DNA of 64,000 nt from the human T2T-CHM13v2.0 reference genome, Homo sapiens (GCF_009914755.1 NC_060932.1); one strand, 5' to 3'; numbered from the stretch's first letter, positions 24,858 to 39,116 are shown. Program-made: numbers and translations. The notes: generated by a model not told the origin, from the sequence alone.

Positions 24858-26029
24858 GGATTTTAATGAAGAAATATATCCTTGTGAAATCTAAGTTTTA
24901 ATACTAAAAAGTATACAACTAGTTCCAAATAAAATGTGGCTTTCAAAGGCAAAGCTAACACTCTAACATCAAATTTTCAACCTGCAAGTCAGAAGACTGT
25001 AAAATATACTTGTGGTCTATAATGAGAAAGAAACTACTATCTAAGAATTCTGAACCTAGCCAAGATAATGTTTGCATACAAAGCAACACAAAAATATGTT
25101 TAGTTATGGCAAGAAACACACCAATAACAAAAAGAAAAAATAGTGCTTGAACATAATATAAACAGGCAAAGTTCATCAAAGAAATGGGAAAAAGAAAAGA
25201 AAATTTAAAAAGAAGGAAAGTAAAGGTAGAATGAGCAATGAAAGATAAAGTGAAATTTAAGGACAAAATAATATTTTATGTTTTAAAAAGCTACAGTCTC
25301 TAAAAAGTATATAATAATACTTTTCATGGCATAAATATCAAGCAAAAAATATAAAGCAAAATGTATCTTAAAACGTAAGGACATTTAAATAAATTATAAG
25401 AGGATTTTTATACATCTCTCTGTTTGACAGATCATATAAAGGAAAAAACTATGTAAAAATATGCAGGATTTGAATAATACCATCCTCAAGGTTCAGCTAA
25501 TAAATGCACATTTAAAGAGAATTTTTTTACCCTCCACTAGGGAATAAACATTCTTCCTTCATTACCAGAAGCATTTGCAAACACATGATGACTTATTGAA
25601 CCAGACAGAACAACCTTACTTTACCCCACCCCATACCCCCGCAAAAAAAAGGAGGGGGAGGACATTTTTTGGATTTATACAATAAAACTAAAAATCAGCC
25701 ATGAAAAGGTAACAAAAAAGAAACTAACCCATTCAAAATTGAGAAATACTCTTCTAAATAAACAGGCTCAAAGATAAATGGAATTGAAATCACAGACTAT
25801 GTAGAAACTAACAAAAAAGAGAACTTCATATCAAAACCTGTGAGAAAATTCTAGAATCACAGTCATAGGAAAACACATAATCTCATGTGCTTTTATACTT
25901 ATAGCTGAAAGGTTGAATATAAATATATTCAGTATAAAACTTAAGAAACCAGAAAAATAATTACAATAAAACAAAAGGAAATAAGAAAAGATAAATATGT
26001 TTGACAACATTTTTAATCTTTTTTTTAAA

Positions 26030-26160
26030 TTTCCCTCAACTATAAAGTAGGAACAAAATAATACCTAATACATAGGGTTATTAAGAAAAGTAAATGATTT
26101 TATATTTGTGGAGACTTTGTGCAGTACCTGACAAACATGTTAAATATATTTGTTAAATAA
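26030..26160 (+). mobile_element. MIR fragment
   Basis: tttccctcaactataaagtagg...aatacctaatacatagggttattaag. Confidence 0.6.
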
Positions 26161-26554
26161 AATAAAGGTAGGAAATATAAATCAACCATACCTGAATATT
26201 TAAAAATAAAGCAAATCGACAAATTTCTAACAAACTGGTTAGATCTTTTTTTATGCCACAAGAGTGGAAACACTTTTAAGACCCAGGACAAATGAGAGTA
26301 CGTGATTGCAAACGGTATGAACCTGAGAACTAGCAAGCAGTTTAGGGAAGGGCTAGGACAGCTAGATACCCAGAGAATCTAGAGACCCTGGATGCCGTAG
26401 AACCCCTGGTTCCTGGAAGGGAGAGTTTGGGTGCAGCTGCTCGCTAGCTTGGCCAGAGAGAACCCCTGGATTCATTTACAAGACAATTCCCCTTTTCTTT
26501 CCACATCTACCCTATCTTCAATGAGCAAGTAATTCCTAAGTCTCTCAAACTATT

Positions 26555-26917
26555 TGATATGGTTTGGCTGTGTCCCCACCCAAATCTCATCTTGAATTGT
26601 AGCTCCCATAATTCCCACATGTTGTGGGAGACACCTGGTGGAAGACAGTTGAATCATGGGTGTGGTTTTTCCCATACTGTTCTTGCGGTAGTGAATAAGT
26701 CTCATGAGAGCTGATGATTTTATAAGGGGTTTCCCCTTTTGCTTGGTTCTCATTTTCCTTTTGTCTGTCACCATGTAAGACGTGTCATTCGCCTTGCACC
26801 ATGATTGTGAGGCCTCCCCAGCCGTGGGGAGCCGTGAGTCCATTAAACCTCTTTTTCTTTATAAATTACCCAGTCTCAGGAATGTCTTTATCAACAGCAT
26901 AAAAACAGAATAATATA
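26555..26917 (+). mobile_element. THE1B-type MaLR solo LTR
   Basis: TGATATGGTTTGGCTGTGTCCCCACCCAAATCTCATCTTGAATTGTAGCTCCC start; perfect 5-bp TSD ctatt. Confidence 0.95.
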
Positions 26918-28229
26918 CTATTCTTGTACATAGAGAAAGATGGAAATTTTGAATGAAGTAAGCATAGCCTTAACACAAAAGCCTGACAGAGATACATTTA
27001 TATATATATGTTAATTTCACTTAGGGATAGACAATGTTAACAAACTGAATCCAGCAGTATATCTTAAGAAATAATACACAATGACTATGCAGAATGAGTC
27101 AACATTAGTGTATCTATCAACATAATACATTGCATTAAAAATAAAAAATGCTATTATTTAAAATGATGAGAAACAAATTCATCACCCATTTCTCAAAAAA
27201 AAAATTAAATAGCAAAAGAACTAAAGGAAATGTACTGTACAAGATACAAATAGTTACCAGAAACTATCACAAAAGTTTTTTACACTGTAAAATAGTAAGA
27301 ATATCTCTACTATAATCAGGAATTAGAGACATTTATGTAAGTTCTAGTAGTCAACATTTTTTAAAGCCTACTAATAAAAAAAGTCTTTATTTGCCAATAA
27401 TATGCTTGTATATTTAGAAAATCCAAGAGACTGAATACCAAATCAATTAGCTCAGAAAAGGATATTTAATACAAAAATGAGGAGGGGGAGTCTTATTCAC
27501 TGTATCAAAAAATATGATACAGCTAAAGATAAGCATAATCAAAATAACCTATATTTTTTAAACCATAAAATTTTACCAAAGAATAGAACATAAAACCTAA
27601 ATAATGAAACAAAATAAAAATAATAATTCTTCCCAAATTAGTATATAAATTTAATGCAATTTTAAACAAAATTTTATGAAATTTTAACTGGACAAAATAA
27701 ATCTAATATTACTTTGGAAAAATAAAGGCATAAGGAGTGTCAAGAAACCTTTGATAATAAAGAGCAGTGACAGGGGATATAGCGTGTGTATTACTAAAAC
27801 TTACTATGAAGCTATAACGTGGTACAAACATAGGAATAGGCAAACACAGCAGTGAAACAAGTTCAAAAGTCAAGAAATAGACCTAAGTGTATGAACGAAA
27901 CTCATTTATGACAAAGTTGGCAAGTCAATTCATTGGAAGGAAAGTATTCAATAAACATTACTGAAAAAATCTATATAATACCATAATCAACTCCAGATGG
28001 TTTAAATAAATAAAGGTAAAAACAAAATACTAGAAGAGAATATTGGAGAACAGTTTCATAACATGTTGATGATGATGAATATCCAAAACAATACAGGAAA
28101 TACGTAGCTATAAAGAAAAAGATTGGCAAATTTGATTACATAAATTATTACAAACCTTCAATATTGAGGGAGAAACCCTGAATGAAGTCAAAAGATAACA
28201 ATATTAGTTATAATAGGGTAAATAGGGTA

Positions 28230-28410
28230 AAATTATATATAATATATTACATATATTATATTAATTATATGGTATTAGCATTATAATAATTATATATTAT
28301 ATATTAATGTATTATCTAATGTATTAATTATGAATATATTATTCTATTTATTAATCTACTAATATGTGTACTATATAATTATAAATATATGATTTATATA
28401 TGTATATTTT
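28230..28410. repeat. AT-rich low-complexity tract
   Basis: Almost pure A/T with degenerate (TA)n/(TAT)n units. Confidence 0.85.
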
Positions 28411-29093
28411 TAAGAAATTACCTAATTTTTTAGATAAACAAGCAATTCACTGAATAAAAAATATTTAAAACTATGTATAGAAAAGGTGTTCAATCTCACT
28501 AAAAATCAGAGAACAACAGGATAAATTTCAGATATCACTTGGCAAAATTTAAGATGACTGATACCATCCAGAGTATAAAAACATAGTTTAAGAATTATTG
28601 CCTACATTGTTGATAAAAGTAATGATAGAAGATAATAAATACTAAAGCACAGTTAACTTTTGAACAATGCAGATCTTAGAGGCACTGACTCCTTAGCAGT
28701 TGAAAATCCATGTATAACTTTTTACATAAATTTAAGTGGTAGACGTGCAATTTTGTTACATGGCTATATTGCATAGCTGTGAAGTCTGAGTTTTTAGTGT
28801 ATCATCAGCCCAATAATGTACATTGTACCCATTAAGTGATTTCTCATCTTCCACTTTCCTCCCACACCCCACCCTTTTGAGTCTCCAACATCATTCCACA
28901 CTCTATGTCCATGTGTACACATTACTTGGCTCCCACTTATAAGTGAGGATGTATGGTATTGTCTTTCTGTGTCTGAATTGTTTCTGTTAAGATAATGGCC
29001 TCCAGCTTCATCCATGTGGCTGCAAAATACATGATTTCATTTATTTTTATGGTGGAATAGTATTCCATTGTGTATATATACCCCGTTTTCTTT

Positions 29094-29419
29094 TTTTTTT
29101 TTTTCTTTTCTTTTTTTTTCAGACAGAGTCTCACTCTGTCGCCCAGGCTGAAGGGCAGTGGGGCTATCTGGGCTCACAGCAACCTCCACCTCCCAGGTTC
29201 AAGTGATTCTCATGCCTCAGCCACCCAAGTAGTTGGGATTATAGGTGTGCTCAGCCACATCCAGATAATTTTTGTTTGTTTGTTTGTTTGTTTGTTTTTA
29301 GTAGAAACAGAGTTTTGCCATGTTGGCAAGGCTGGTCTCGAACTTCTGGCCTGAAGTGATGTACCCGCCCCTGCCTCCCAAAGTGTTGGGATTACAGGCA
29401 TGAGCCACCGCACTCGACC
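29094..29419 (-). mobile_element. AluS (Sz-like) with (TTTG)n-expanded linker
   Basis: Poly-T, agacagagtctcactctgtcgcccaggctg ... gagccaccgcactcgacc. Confidence 0.93.
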
Positions 29420-29433
29420 AACACATTTTCTTT

Positions 29434-30794
29434 CTTTTTATTATTATTATTATACTTTAAGTTCTAAGGTACATGTTCACAACATGCAGGTTTGATACAT
29501 AGGTATACATATGCCATGTTGTTTTGCTGCACCCATCAACTCATCATTTACATGGGGTATTTCTCCTAATGCACTCCCTCTCCCAGCCTCCCACCCCACA
29601 ACAGGTCCCAGTGTGTGATGTTCCCTGCCCTGTGTCCAAGTGAACTCACTGTTCAATTCCCACCCATGAGTGAGAACATGCGGTGTTTGGTTTTCTGTCC
29701 TTGTGATAGTTTGCTGAGAATGATGGTTTCCAGCTTCATCCATGTCCTTGCAAAGAACATGAACTCATCCTTTTTTATGGCTGCATAGTATTCCATGGTG
29801 TATATGTGCCACAGTTTCTTAATCCAGTCTATCATTAATGGACATTTGGGTTGGTTCTAAGTCTTTGCTATTGAGAATAGTGCCACAATAAACATAACTG
29901 TGCAAGTGTATTTATAGTAGCATAATTTATAATCCTCTGGGTATATAACAAGTAATGGGATTGCTGGGTCAAACGGTATTTCTAGTTCTAGATCCTTGAG
30001 GGGTCATCACACTGTCTTCCACATTGGTTGAACTAATTTACATTTCCACCAACAGTGTAAAAGCATTCCTATTTCTCCACATCCTTTCCAGCATCTGTTG
30101 TTTCCTGACTTTTTAATGATTGCCATTCTAACTGGTGTGAGATGGTATCTCATTGTGGCTTTGATTTGCATTTCTCTGATGGCCAGTGATGATGAGCATT
30201 TTTTCATGTGTCTGTTGGCTGCATAGATGTCTTCTTTTGAGAAGTGTCTGTTCATATGCTTTGCCCACTTTTTGATGGGATTGTTTGTTTTTTTCTTGTA
30301 AATTTGTTTGAGTTCTTTGTAGATTTTGGATATTAGCCCTTTGTCAGATGAGTAGATTGCAAAAATTTTCTCCCATTCTGTAGGTTGCCTGTTCACTCTG
30401 ATGGTAGTTTATTTTGCTGTGCAGAAGCTCTTTAGTTTAATTAGATCCCATTTGTCAATTTTGGCTTTTGTTGCCATTGCTTTTGGTGTTTTAGTCATGA
30501 AGTCCTTGCTCATGCCTATGTTCTGAGCCTAGGTTTTCTTCTAGGGTTTTTATGGTTTTAGGTCTTACGTTTAAGTCTTTAATCCATCTTGAATTAATTT
30601 TTGTGTAAGGTGTAAGGAAGGGATCCAGTTTCAGCTTTCTACGTATGGCTAGCCAGTTTTCCCAGCACCATTTATTAAATAGGGAATCCTTTCCCCATTT
30701 CTTGTTTTTGTCAGGTTTGTCAAAGATCAGATGGTTGTAGATGTGTGGTGTTATTTCTGAGGTCTGTATTCTGTTCCATTGGTCTATATATCTG
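29434..30794 (-). mobile_element. L1PA6-like 5'-truncated LINE (1.36 kb)
   Basis: ttattatactttaagttct 3' end; ORF2 C-terminal remnants [29 protein letters not shown]; TSD cacattttcttt / cacatcttcttt. Confidence 0.93.
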
Positions 30795-32888
30795 CACATC
30801 TTCTTTAGCCAACTATCCACTGATGGACACTTAGGTTGATTCCATTTCTTTCCTACTGCGAATAGTGCTGCAGTAAACAGATGAGTATAGGTATCTTTTT
30901 GATCCCATGTATAACTTCTGACTCTCCAAAAACTTAACTACTAATGGCCTGCTGTTGACTGGAAGCCTCACCAATAATAAACCGTCAATTAACACATATT
31001 TTGTATGTTATATGTATTATATACTGTATTCTTATAATACAGTAAGAAGATAAAAATATTATTAAGAAAATCATAAGGAAGAGAAAATATACTTATTATT
31101 CATTAAGCGGAAGTGGGTTATCATAAAGGTCTTCATTCTTGTCCTTGACCTAACATTGAGTGGCTGAGAAGGAGAAGGCAGAGGGGTGATACCTTAGGGG
31201 TGGCAGAGGCAGAGGAAAATCCATGCATAAGTAGACCCATGCAGGTCAAACCCATATTGTTCAAGTGTTAGCTGTATACACCCTTTGACCCAGCAATCTT
31301 GTTTCTATGAATATATACTACAGAAGTAAAAGTATTAATATTTAATGCAACATTGATTTGTAATAACAACTGCTTAAATGTTTATCATCCAGGTGGTAAT
31401 TAAAGTCATTAAAATGAATGTCGTAGATTTTTTTTTCCTGGTGTTCTTAAAATAAAAACAAGCAGCTGATTTTATTTATATACATATTGGACATTTTGTA
31501 AAGGAATAGAAAAAGTATTCATACAAAATAATTGACAATAGAAAGGATTCATACAAAAACTGTTGACGCTTATTCTATCATCTGCAAATGGAGTAAATGT
31601 AAAAGTGTTAGGATTAGGTTAGAGAGAAAGAGGAGCAACCTATTAATTCTTAAGTTGCTTCAACTCCTTTAGTTTCGTAATTTAAAATAAGATAAGATTA
31701 AGCAACAACAAAACCTAGATCTCCTGGAAAATAAAATAGTAGTTTTAATGATCTCAAAACAATCTTCTAACTCAAAAATATTTCCCACTCCACTAGGTTC
31801 AAAATAATCGTCTCAGGATTTGAAAGAAACCATATGATAAAACATAGCTCCTAACTCTCAGTCATGTTGAAAAGCAAGACAGGTACATGAAAGAACTATT
31901 TTGCAAAGCTATTTAGTAATAAATGCAAATATAATGAAATGAAAATGTATTCATAAATTGCCACTGGAATATATGGACTGAAGTTACTCAGAAAACTATT
32001 TCCTGGGGGAAAAAAAGAAGCAATAGTTCAGAGTGTTTTGCAGAATCTTCCTCACATCCCCTCACCCCTTCATCTTTCATAAAACTAAGTTGTGACCATG
32101 AAGGCTTCTCTGAACTAATACTTCTGGTCTACATTTTCAAGCAAGTTTTTGGCACATCAACCTCACTTTAATGTCAAAGTTCTTGTATTGTAGGCTTAAA
32201 TTGTTTCTTAACGTTTCTTCCGTATATGAACTGGCTTGAAAACTCACAGAAGACAAAAGTTGGCAGTTAATCATTGCACCTCCAGAGTGTTTAACATATT
32301 TGTTTACTCAATAATTTGTATATAGAATTAATGCTTTGTCATTTCTGACATTTCACTGTGGTCATTTGCTTCTCATGCTAGAATATGTTTTGGTATCTTC
32401 TCTGTAAGAACATCTCAAGATATTCTCAGCACTTTCCTTTAATGTCAGCATTCTTAAACTGCATTCTTATATTGTTGCATCAGCTGTCACCCATATAAAC
32501 TCTTTATTCTTCCATGAACATTTTACAGATCACCCTCTAAAGTAAAATGGAAAAAAAAATCCTTTTATTTGTCTCCTAATGGCCCTCAATAAAACAACTC
32601 TTCTAGGACTTGGATATGCCTTTCTTCTGTATAATCTGTGTCATGATAACAATAGGCACAAGATAAATATTTGTCAACTGTATGAAGGAAGAAGGGAAAG
32701 GAAGAGAGGAAGGGAGGACAACAGGGGGAAAGAAAGGGATTCACTAATACAGAAACCAATACAGAATTTTATTATTAATGTTATTTACTTAGCTTTCTCT
32801 CATCCTTCTTTAGGATCTAGATAATCTGCCAAATGTAGAAAACATAAATCCCCTGAATTCAGAAGAAAAATAATCTGTGCTTATCTAG

Positions 32889-33236
<348 letters not shown>

Positions 33237-33464
33237 TGGTTCCTGAGATTTCTATTCCAGCTGCCTACTGCTTCAAGCACTGGGTTTCAGAATCATGACC
33301 ATACTCTGTGGCATCCACACAGAGCTCCTTTCCACCCTCACAGGATCAGCTGTGGGATAAAGATTCTTTAGTCACTGGACACAAATGAAGCTACTTTGTC
33401 TGTTCCTTTCCCCTGCAGCCTAAATTTACCTTAACCCTGTCTTCATCTCCAAAGAGGAGGGAAT

Positions 33465-33565
33465 CAGGAGCATATCCAGGTTTTGAGGCTTAAAGCTTAC
33501 ATAATTTGGGAAACTGTATTTATGAAAAAGAATACAAAATTCCAATTACAAAATTGAACATGCAT
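33465..33565. mobile_element. Possible hAT (Tip100-like) DNA transposon fragment
   Basis: atccaggtttt...aagcttacataatttggg...aaaaagaatacaaaatt resembles a recalled MER-type hAT end; family uncertain. Confidence 0.45.
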
Positions 33566-34054
33566 TAAATATCTCCATGGAGAAACTGCAGCAGCAACAG
33601 TACAAGTGAGGGTATGCTATATTCAATTAGCCATGAACATTTGAGAGCAACTTTATCCAGATCAACGAAAGAGAAGTGATCGGTGTGCACAACTATGTCA
33701 AATGGTGACTGTGGGCATTGCATGCACCTGCCACCTCAAACTACCTGAGGTCATGCTGCTGGCCCCACCAGCTGCAAGCTAGAAAAAGCGTGTGCCAAAG
33801 TGGCTGTGCCAGCCAGGGAAGAGGGGCCACAAGAACTTAGAGCTAACCAGACTGACTGTCTGACATTTTGTAGAGATATCTTCAGGACCATGAGAAACAG
33901 CTCCACCTGAAGCTTACCTGAAACCGTGTCTCCTTTCAGATGCAATAAATCTTTTCATTTGTTGGAAAAATGTTTGTTTCCTCCTGATAGCAGCAGTGGA
34001 AGGTTACACCAGTAACCAGGCCATCCCATCTGGCAACACAATAGACATTCCTGT

Positions 34055-34474
34055 TGATATGGTTTGGGTGTTTTGTCTCCTCCAAATCTCATATTGAAAT
34101 GTGACTTCCAATGTTGAAGGTGGGTCTATTGGGCAGTGTTTGGGCCATGGGGACAGATCCCTCATGAATGGCTTGATGCTGTACTCACAGTAATGAGTGA
34201 ATTCTCACTCTATTAGTTCACAAGAGAGCAGATTGTTTTAAAAAGCCTGGAACCTCCTCCCCTTTCTCTTGCTCCCTCTCTTGTCATGTGGCACACCAAC
34301 TCCCGTTTTTGCCTTCCACCATGATTGCATGAGTCCTGAGGCCTCACTAAAAGCAAATGCTGGCACTATGTTGCTTGTACAGCCTGCAGAACTGTGAGCC
34401 TAATAAGCCTCTTTTCTTTATAGGCTACACTGTCTCAGGTGCTCCTTTATAGCGATGCAAAATGGAATAACATG
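34055..34474 (+). mobile_element. MSTB-type MaLR solo LTR
   Basis: tgatatggtttgg...cagatccctcatgaatggctt...tgtacagcctgcagaactgtgagcc; TSD cctgt/cttgt. Confidence 0.92.
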
Positions 34475-35088
34475 CTTGTGTTTGAGGAAAAGATGCACCC
34501 AGCAGTTATTTCAAAAACTGGGGAGGAGCCGATCTATGATTAGTTGAAAGTCTACCAAATAACTCCAGCAGAATTGGGTCTTTGTTGAAGAATCTCAAAG
34601 CCCCACAGGTTCTTAAAGTAAGGACCCAGCAGGATTGGCTCTTTAATAAAGAACCTCAAAGCTCATCATAACGTACATGGTATAGAGGTGGCCCTTGTGT
34701 CTAAGACTGGGGAGGAGGATGACATGGAGGCCATATGCAGCCAGCAGAGTATGGCAAGGGACAAAGACCCCTCATACAATGATGTCCAAGACCAAAGAGA
34801 TGGTAATTCTTGAAGCACATGAAAAGGAGCCAGACCATGGTGACCAAGCTATTTCCAGCATAGCTCCCTTAGTCTTAAGTAACTAAAACCATACAGTCTC
34901 AGAATGAAATTTTATTTTCAAATTTCCTTTTCCATAGCATAATGGTTTCCTCACAGTGGATTCTGTGACATCAGCTATACTACACTGAGATTCCAGTCTC
35001 CAAAAGAGCAAAGCCCCATCCCACACCTGTGTTCCACAGAGCCACTAGGAGGGCTTCACCTACCTCAACTACAGTTACCCTTTGGTTC

Positions 35089-36026
<938 letters not shown>

Positions 36027-36214
36027 GTTTCCCCAGACTATGACTGAACGTTACATTCTACAGACTGGGCAGCTCCACCACCTTTCTCTCCTACTGCTTT
36101 TCTTTCCCATGACAAAGTGCCTGAACAGTAGCGAAGTTAAGTCCAGCCCCCAGATTAAACAAGAACAAGACTCATGTCCCCTCAGGACATTCAAGGAGGG
36201 AAGAGGAGCACGGT

Positions 36215-36720
36215 GGCATTTGTCAGCAATCAGAATAGGAAAAGCTACCATCTAGACTTAGTAATTCCACTTTTAGGTATATTCCCTGGAGAAACTCCCA
36301 CATATGTATTTTTAAACAGTCATGAAAATGTGTGTATTAAAATTTATAAGAGCAAAACACTGGAAATAGCCCCAATTATTCATCAACTAAAAAACTGATA
36401 AATTGTGGTGTATAGTGGGATTCTCTACAACCGTAGTGGTTATATACATTGTCATGGAGGGATCTCACTGTTTGGTATAAAAAACAAGTCACAGAGGAAC
36501 CCTGTGCTATATATATTTATAAAACAGTTCAAAAACAAGACCAAATTATTTATGATATATATGTGGCAGAATTAGAGGGGACACAATTATCTCTAGGGCA
36601 AATAGAAGGGAGAGGTCATCAGAATAGCATTACAACAGTTTCAACAGTGCTAGGAATTGTTCTTGCTCATAAACAAGGTTGTGGATACTCAAATATTTTG
36701 AATATTTTCACATTTTAACA
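36215..36720 (+). mobile_element. Old L1ME 3' fragment
   Basis: gtaattccacttttaggtatattccctggagaaac (VIPLLGIFP), aaacactggaaatagccc, gataaattgtggtgtat. Confidence 0.7.
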
Positions 36721-38947
36721 TTTCTGAACTCAGGAGGATTTTAAGAGATGTAGTTGTAATTGTCATAGAAGTCTTAAACAGTTTCTTCTAGTAACATTTT
36801 ACTTTCTCTGTGTTCACAGTATGTCAAAAGCCTGAAAAATAATTTTTAGTAAATACAAAATAAAAACTCAAAGTGACAAGAAAAGATGTATTCATAGCTC
36901 ATGGTCTTGAACTTCTATTTCAGCTTACCACGTCTGCATTTTTACTATTGAACATGACACATCTCACATCAAAGGAGACCACCCAAAGTATTGTCTAAGT
37001 TGTCTATAGCCTTAAATAGAGGCTTAAAGGTAATCTTCAAAAAAAAATGTTTGAGTGTTATTTTGGCATAAACAGACAAATAAGTAGTTGAAATAAGTAG
37101 TTCATAGTTCTGTCAGACTTCCAAAAAATCTAAGTTTAATAAAAGAAGTCTGAGCATAGTTAGCAAGTGTTTACTAGAAAAATGCAAACCCAGCAACATC
37201 CTGCCGAAGGTCACTCTTTTTTTTTTCAGATCATCACACATTGCCCATCAAGTGTGAGTGAATCTCTTTTAGCATTCCTAAAAACCTTCATTTCTTTGAC
37301 CACTATCCCAGCACTATAATAGAATTCTATAAAATGTGAACAAAACACTTCATCCAAGGTTTGTTCTGCACACCAGGGTTAAGAGAAAAAGAAAAAGTGG
37401 GAGACCTTTTCCTTAGCTCCAACCCAATGTGTTGCTTAATGTCAACAAGATAAGCCAAAATTTCATTCCATTTCATATCAATTCAAGCATAAAGACTCAC
37501 TCCTTGGTATTTTTCAGTCTGCTTTTCATTTAGTGGGAAGATTCTTAGAGTAGTAGAAAGTAATTTTTTGTGCAAAATTAAAAAATGAAGAGAAGGATAG
37601 AATTGACAAAGACAGGAGTGGAACTGGTAAAGTTCAAGTGGGAGAAAAGAGGGAAAAAGTATCTGAAGACTTTCTTTGTCCACGGATACAAAGAAAATAA
37701 TGCACCAAAAGCAAAACATATTGATAGATCACTTAGAAACACTCAGTTGAACTGTTGAACTAAAGAATTTTTAAATTTTTTGTAAAATATGTTCGATTTC
37801 TAGTCAGAAGTAACCTGAATATAAATCTGGTGCCTTCATTCACATGACCCACATCTCTGTCATCCTTAAATAAAGTTATACCAAGTAAATAGGTGAGCTA
37901 CTAAACTTCATAACCAGTATGTTTTCAAAGTCGAAGGGGAAACCATTGTGTCTTTAAAAAAAAAAGAGAGAGAGAAGAAAAAAACTGCTAGGCCTTGTTT
38001 ATAAAGAACAGTGCGGTTGGCTGCAGGAAAAAGTAAAGTCACATAGAAATAAGGTAGACAGTGACGCCTGCCACATGACCAGCCTGTGTTATCCAGGAAA
38101 AGCCTGATTATCAGATTTTATTGGAAGAATTGGAACATAGTATAGGAAGTGGACAGTCACTCAGAATCCAACACAGCTTCAGCAAAAGGGTTATCCCATC
38201 ATCCCTAAGTAGGATGTATTTATTAATCTTTTTTTCTTATGTTCTACCCTTAATAAGACTCAAACACTCTCCTGGCCTCTGTTCTTCCTACTCCTACTGC
38301 TGTGCACTCTGTGCACTGCATTTTAGTTAGCTTTCATTCCTTCATAGTATCTGCTTGGACTTATCTGTTTTTCTTACTGACTGCATTCTTTTCAGACATC
38401 AAGTCACACTTTAAAACTGCTACAAAATCACCAATTGTCTTTCTGCATAAATAGCAAGCTTCCCAAAATTTTCACTGGCCAAAGATTCACACCAGGACAC
38501 CTTATGGGGTTCTGGCCAGGCTATCGACTGGCTACCCTCACATCAAATGCCCTCTCTTGGTCAAATCAATTGTACGGGGGACAATGTCACATGATAGAGG
38601 CTGTTAGTTCTGCATATAAACAACCTTTCAGAATATATATATAATATCCTCCTTCATGCAATTTCACACTCTGGTTTTTCTCTGGTTGTCATAACACAAA
38701 ACCTCAATCAGCTTTTAAGGCATAAATGTAGAATAGATATTTTCTTCTTTTAACATTTTAACCCAGATCTAGTGAGCCTCTATGTTATATTAAGTAGTAT
38801 GCTAGGTCTTGGGCAATGAAGGATGGGAAATAAAACATTCTAGCAAAAAAGATACTGCAACCAAACCAAAAACCTAAAAGAAGCCATGAAGGAAAAAAAT
38901 GCCAAGCATGGGAGGGGCAGCATAAGGTGACTGAGAAGAGGCCACAC

Positions 38948-39115
38948 ATTAGAGTCAGACAGACCCGGGCTCAAATTCCAGCTTTCACATTTCCCAACTG
39001 TGGATGTGGGACAAGTTGTTTAATGTTTCTAAACTTCAATATCCCTTCTACAAAACAAATGGAATAATCAAGCCTACTGTAGGAATCCCAGGATCTGTTT
39101 TTAAAGGCTTGAATG
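38948..39115 (+). mobile_element. MIR SINE
   Basis: agagtcagacagacccgggctcaaattccagct...ggacaagttgtttaat...aaatggaataat. Confidence 0.75.
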
Positions 39116-39116
39116 G

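Larger units (their letters stand above)
28721..30904 (-). mobile_element. L1PB4-like 3' fragment inserted in Tigger2a (pieces 28721-29090 and 30795-30904)
   Basis: TSD ccatgtataactt at 28708-28720 and 30905-30917; 3' end homologous to 52664-53100. Confidence 0.88.
28650..31274. mobile_element. Tigger2a-type DNA transposon, split into 28650-28720 and 30905-31274
   Basis: TIRs cagttaacttttgaacaat / attgttcaagtgttagctg followed by TA; internal aagaaaatcataaggaagagaaaatata. Confidence 0.9.
24330..31570 (+). mobile_element. Ancient near-full-length L1M/L1ME in fragments (host of several insertions)
   Basis: Collinear relics: ORF1-like (24330-25120, agaattctgaacctagccaag), EN region (25300-26000), RT tctttatttgccaataatatgcttgtatatttagaaaatcc (~27385), ttcttcccaaattagtatataaatttaatgcaat, ccctttgacccagcaat (~31281). 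Confidence 0.7.
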
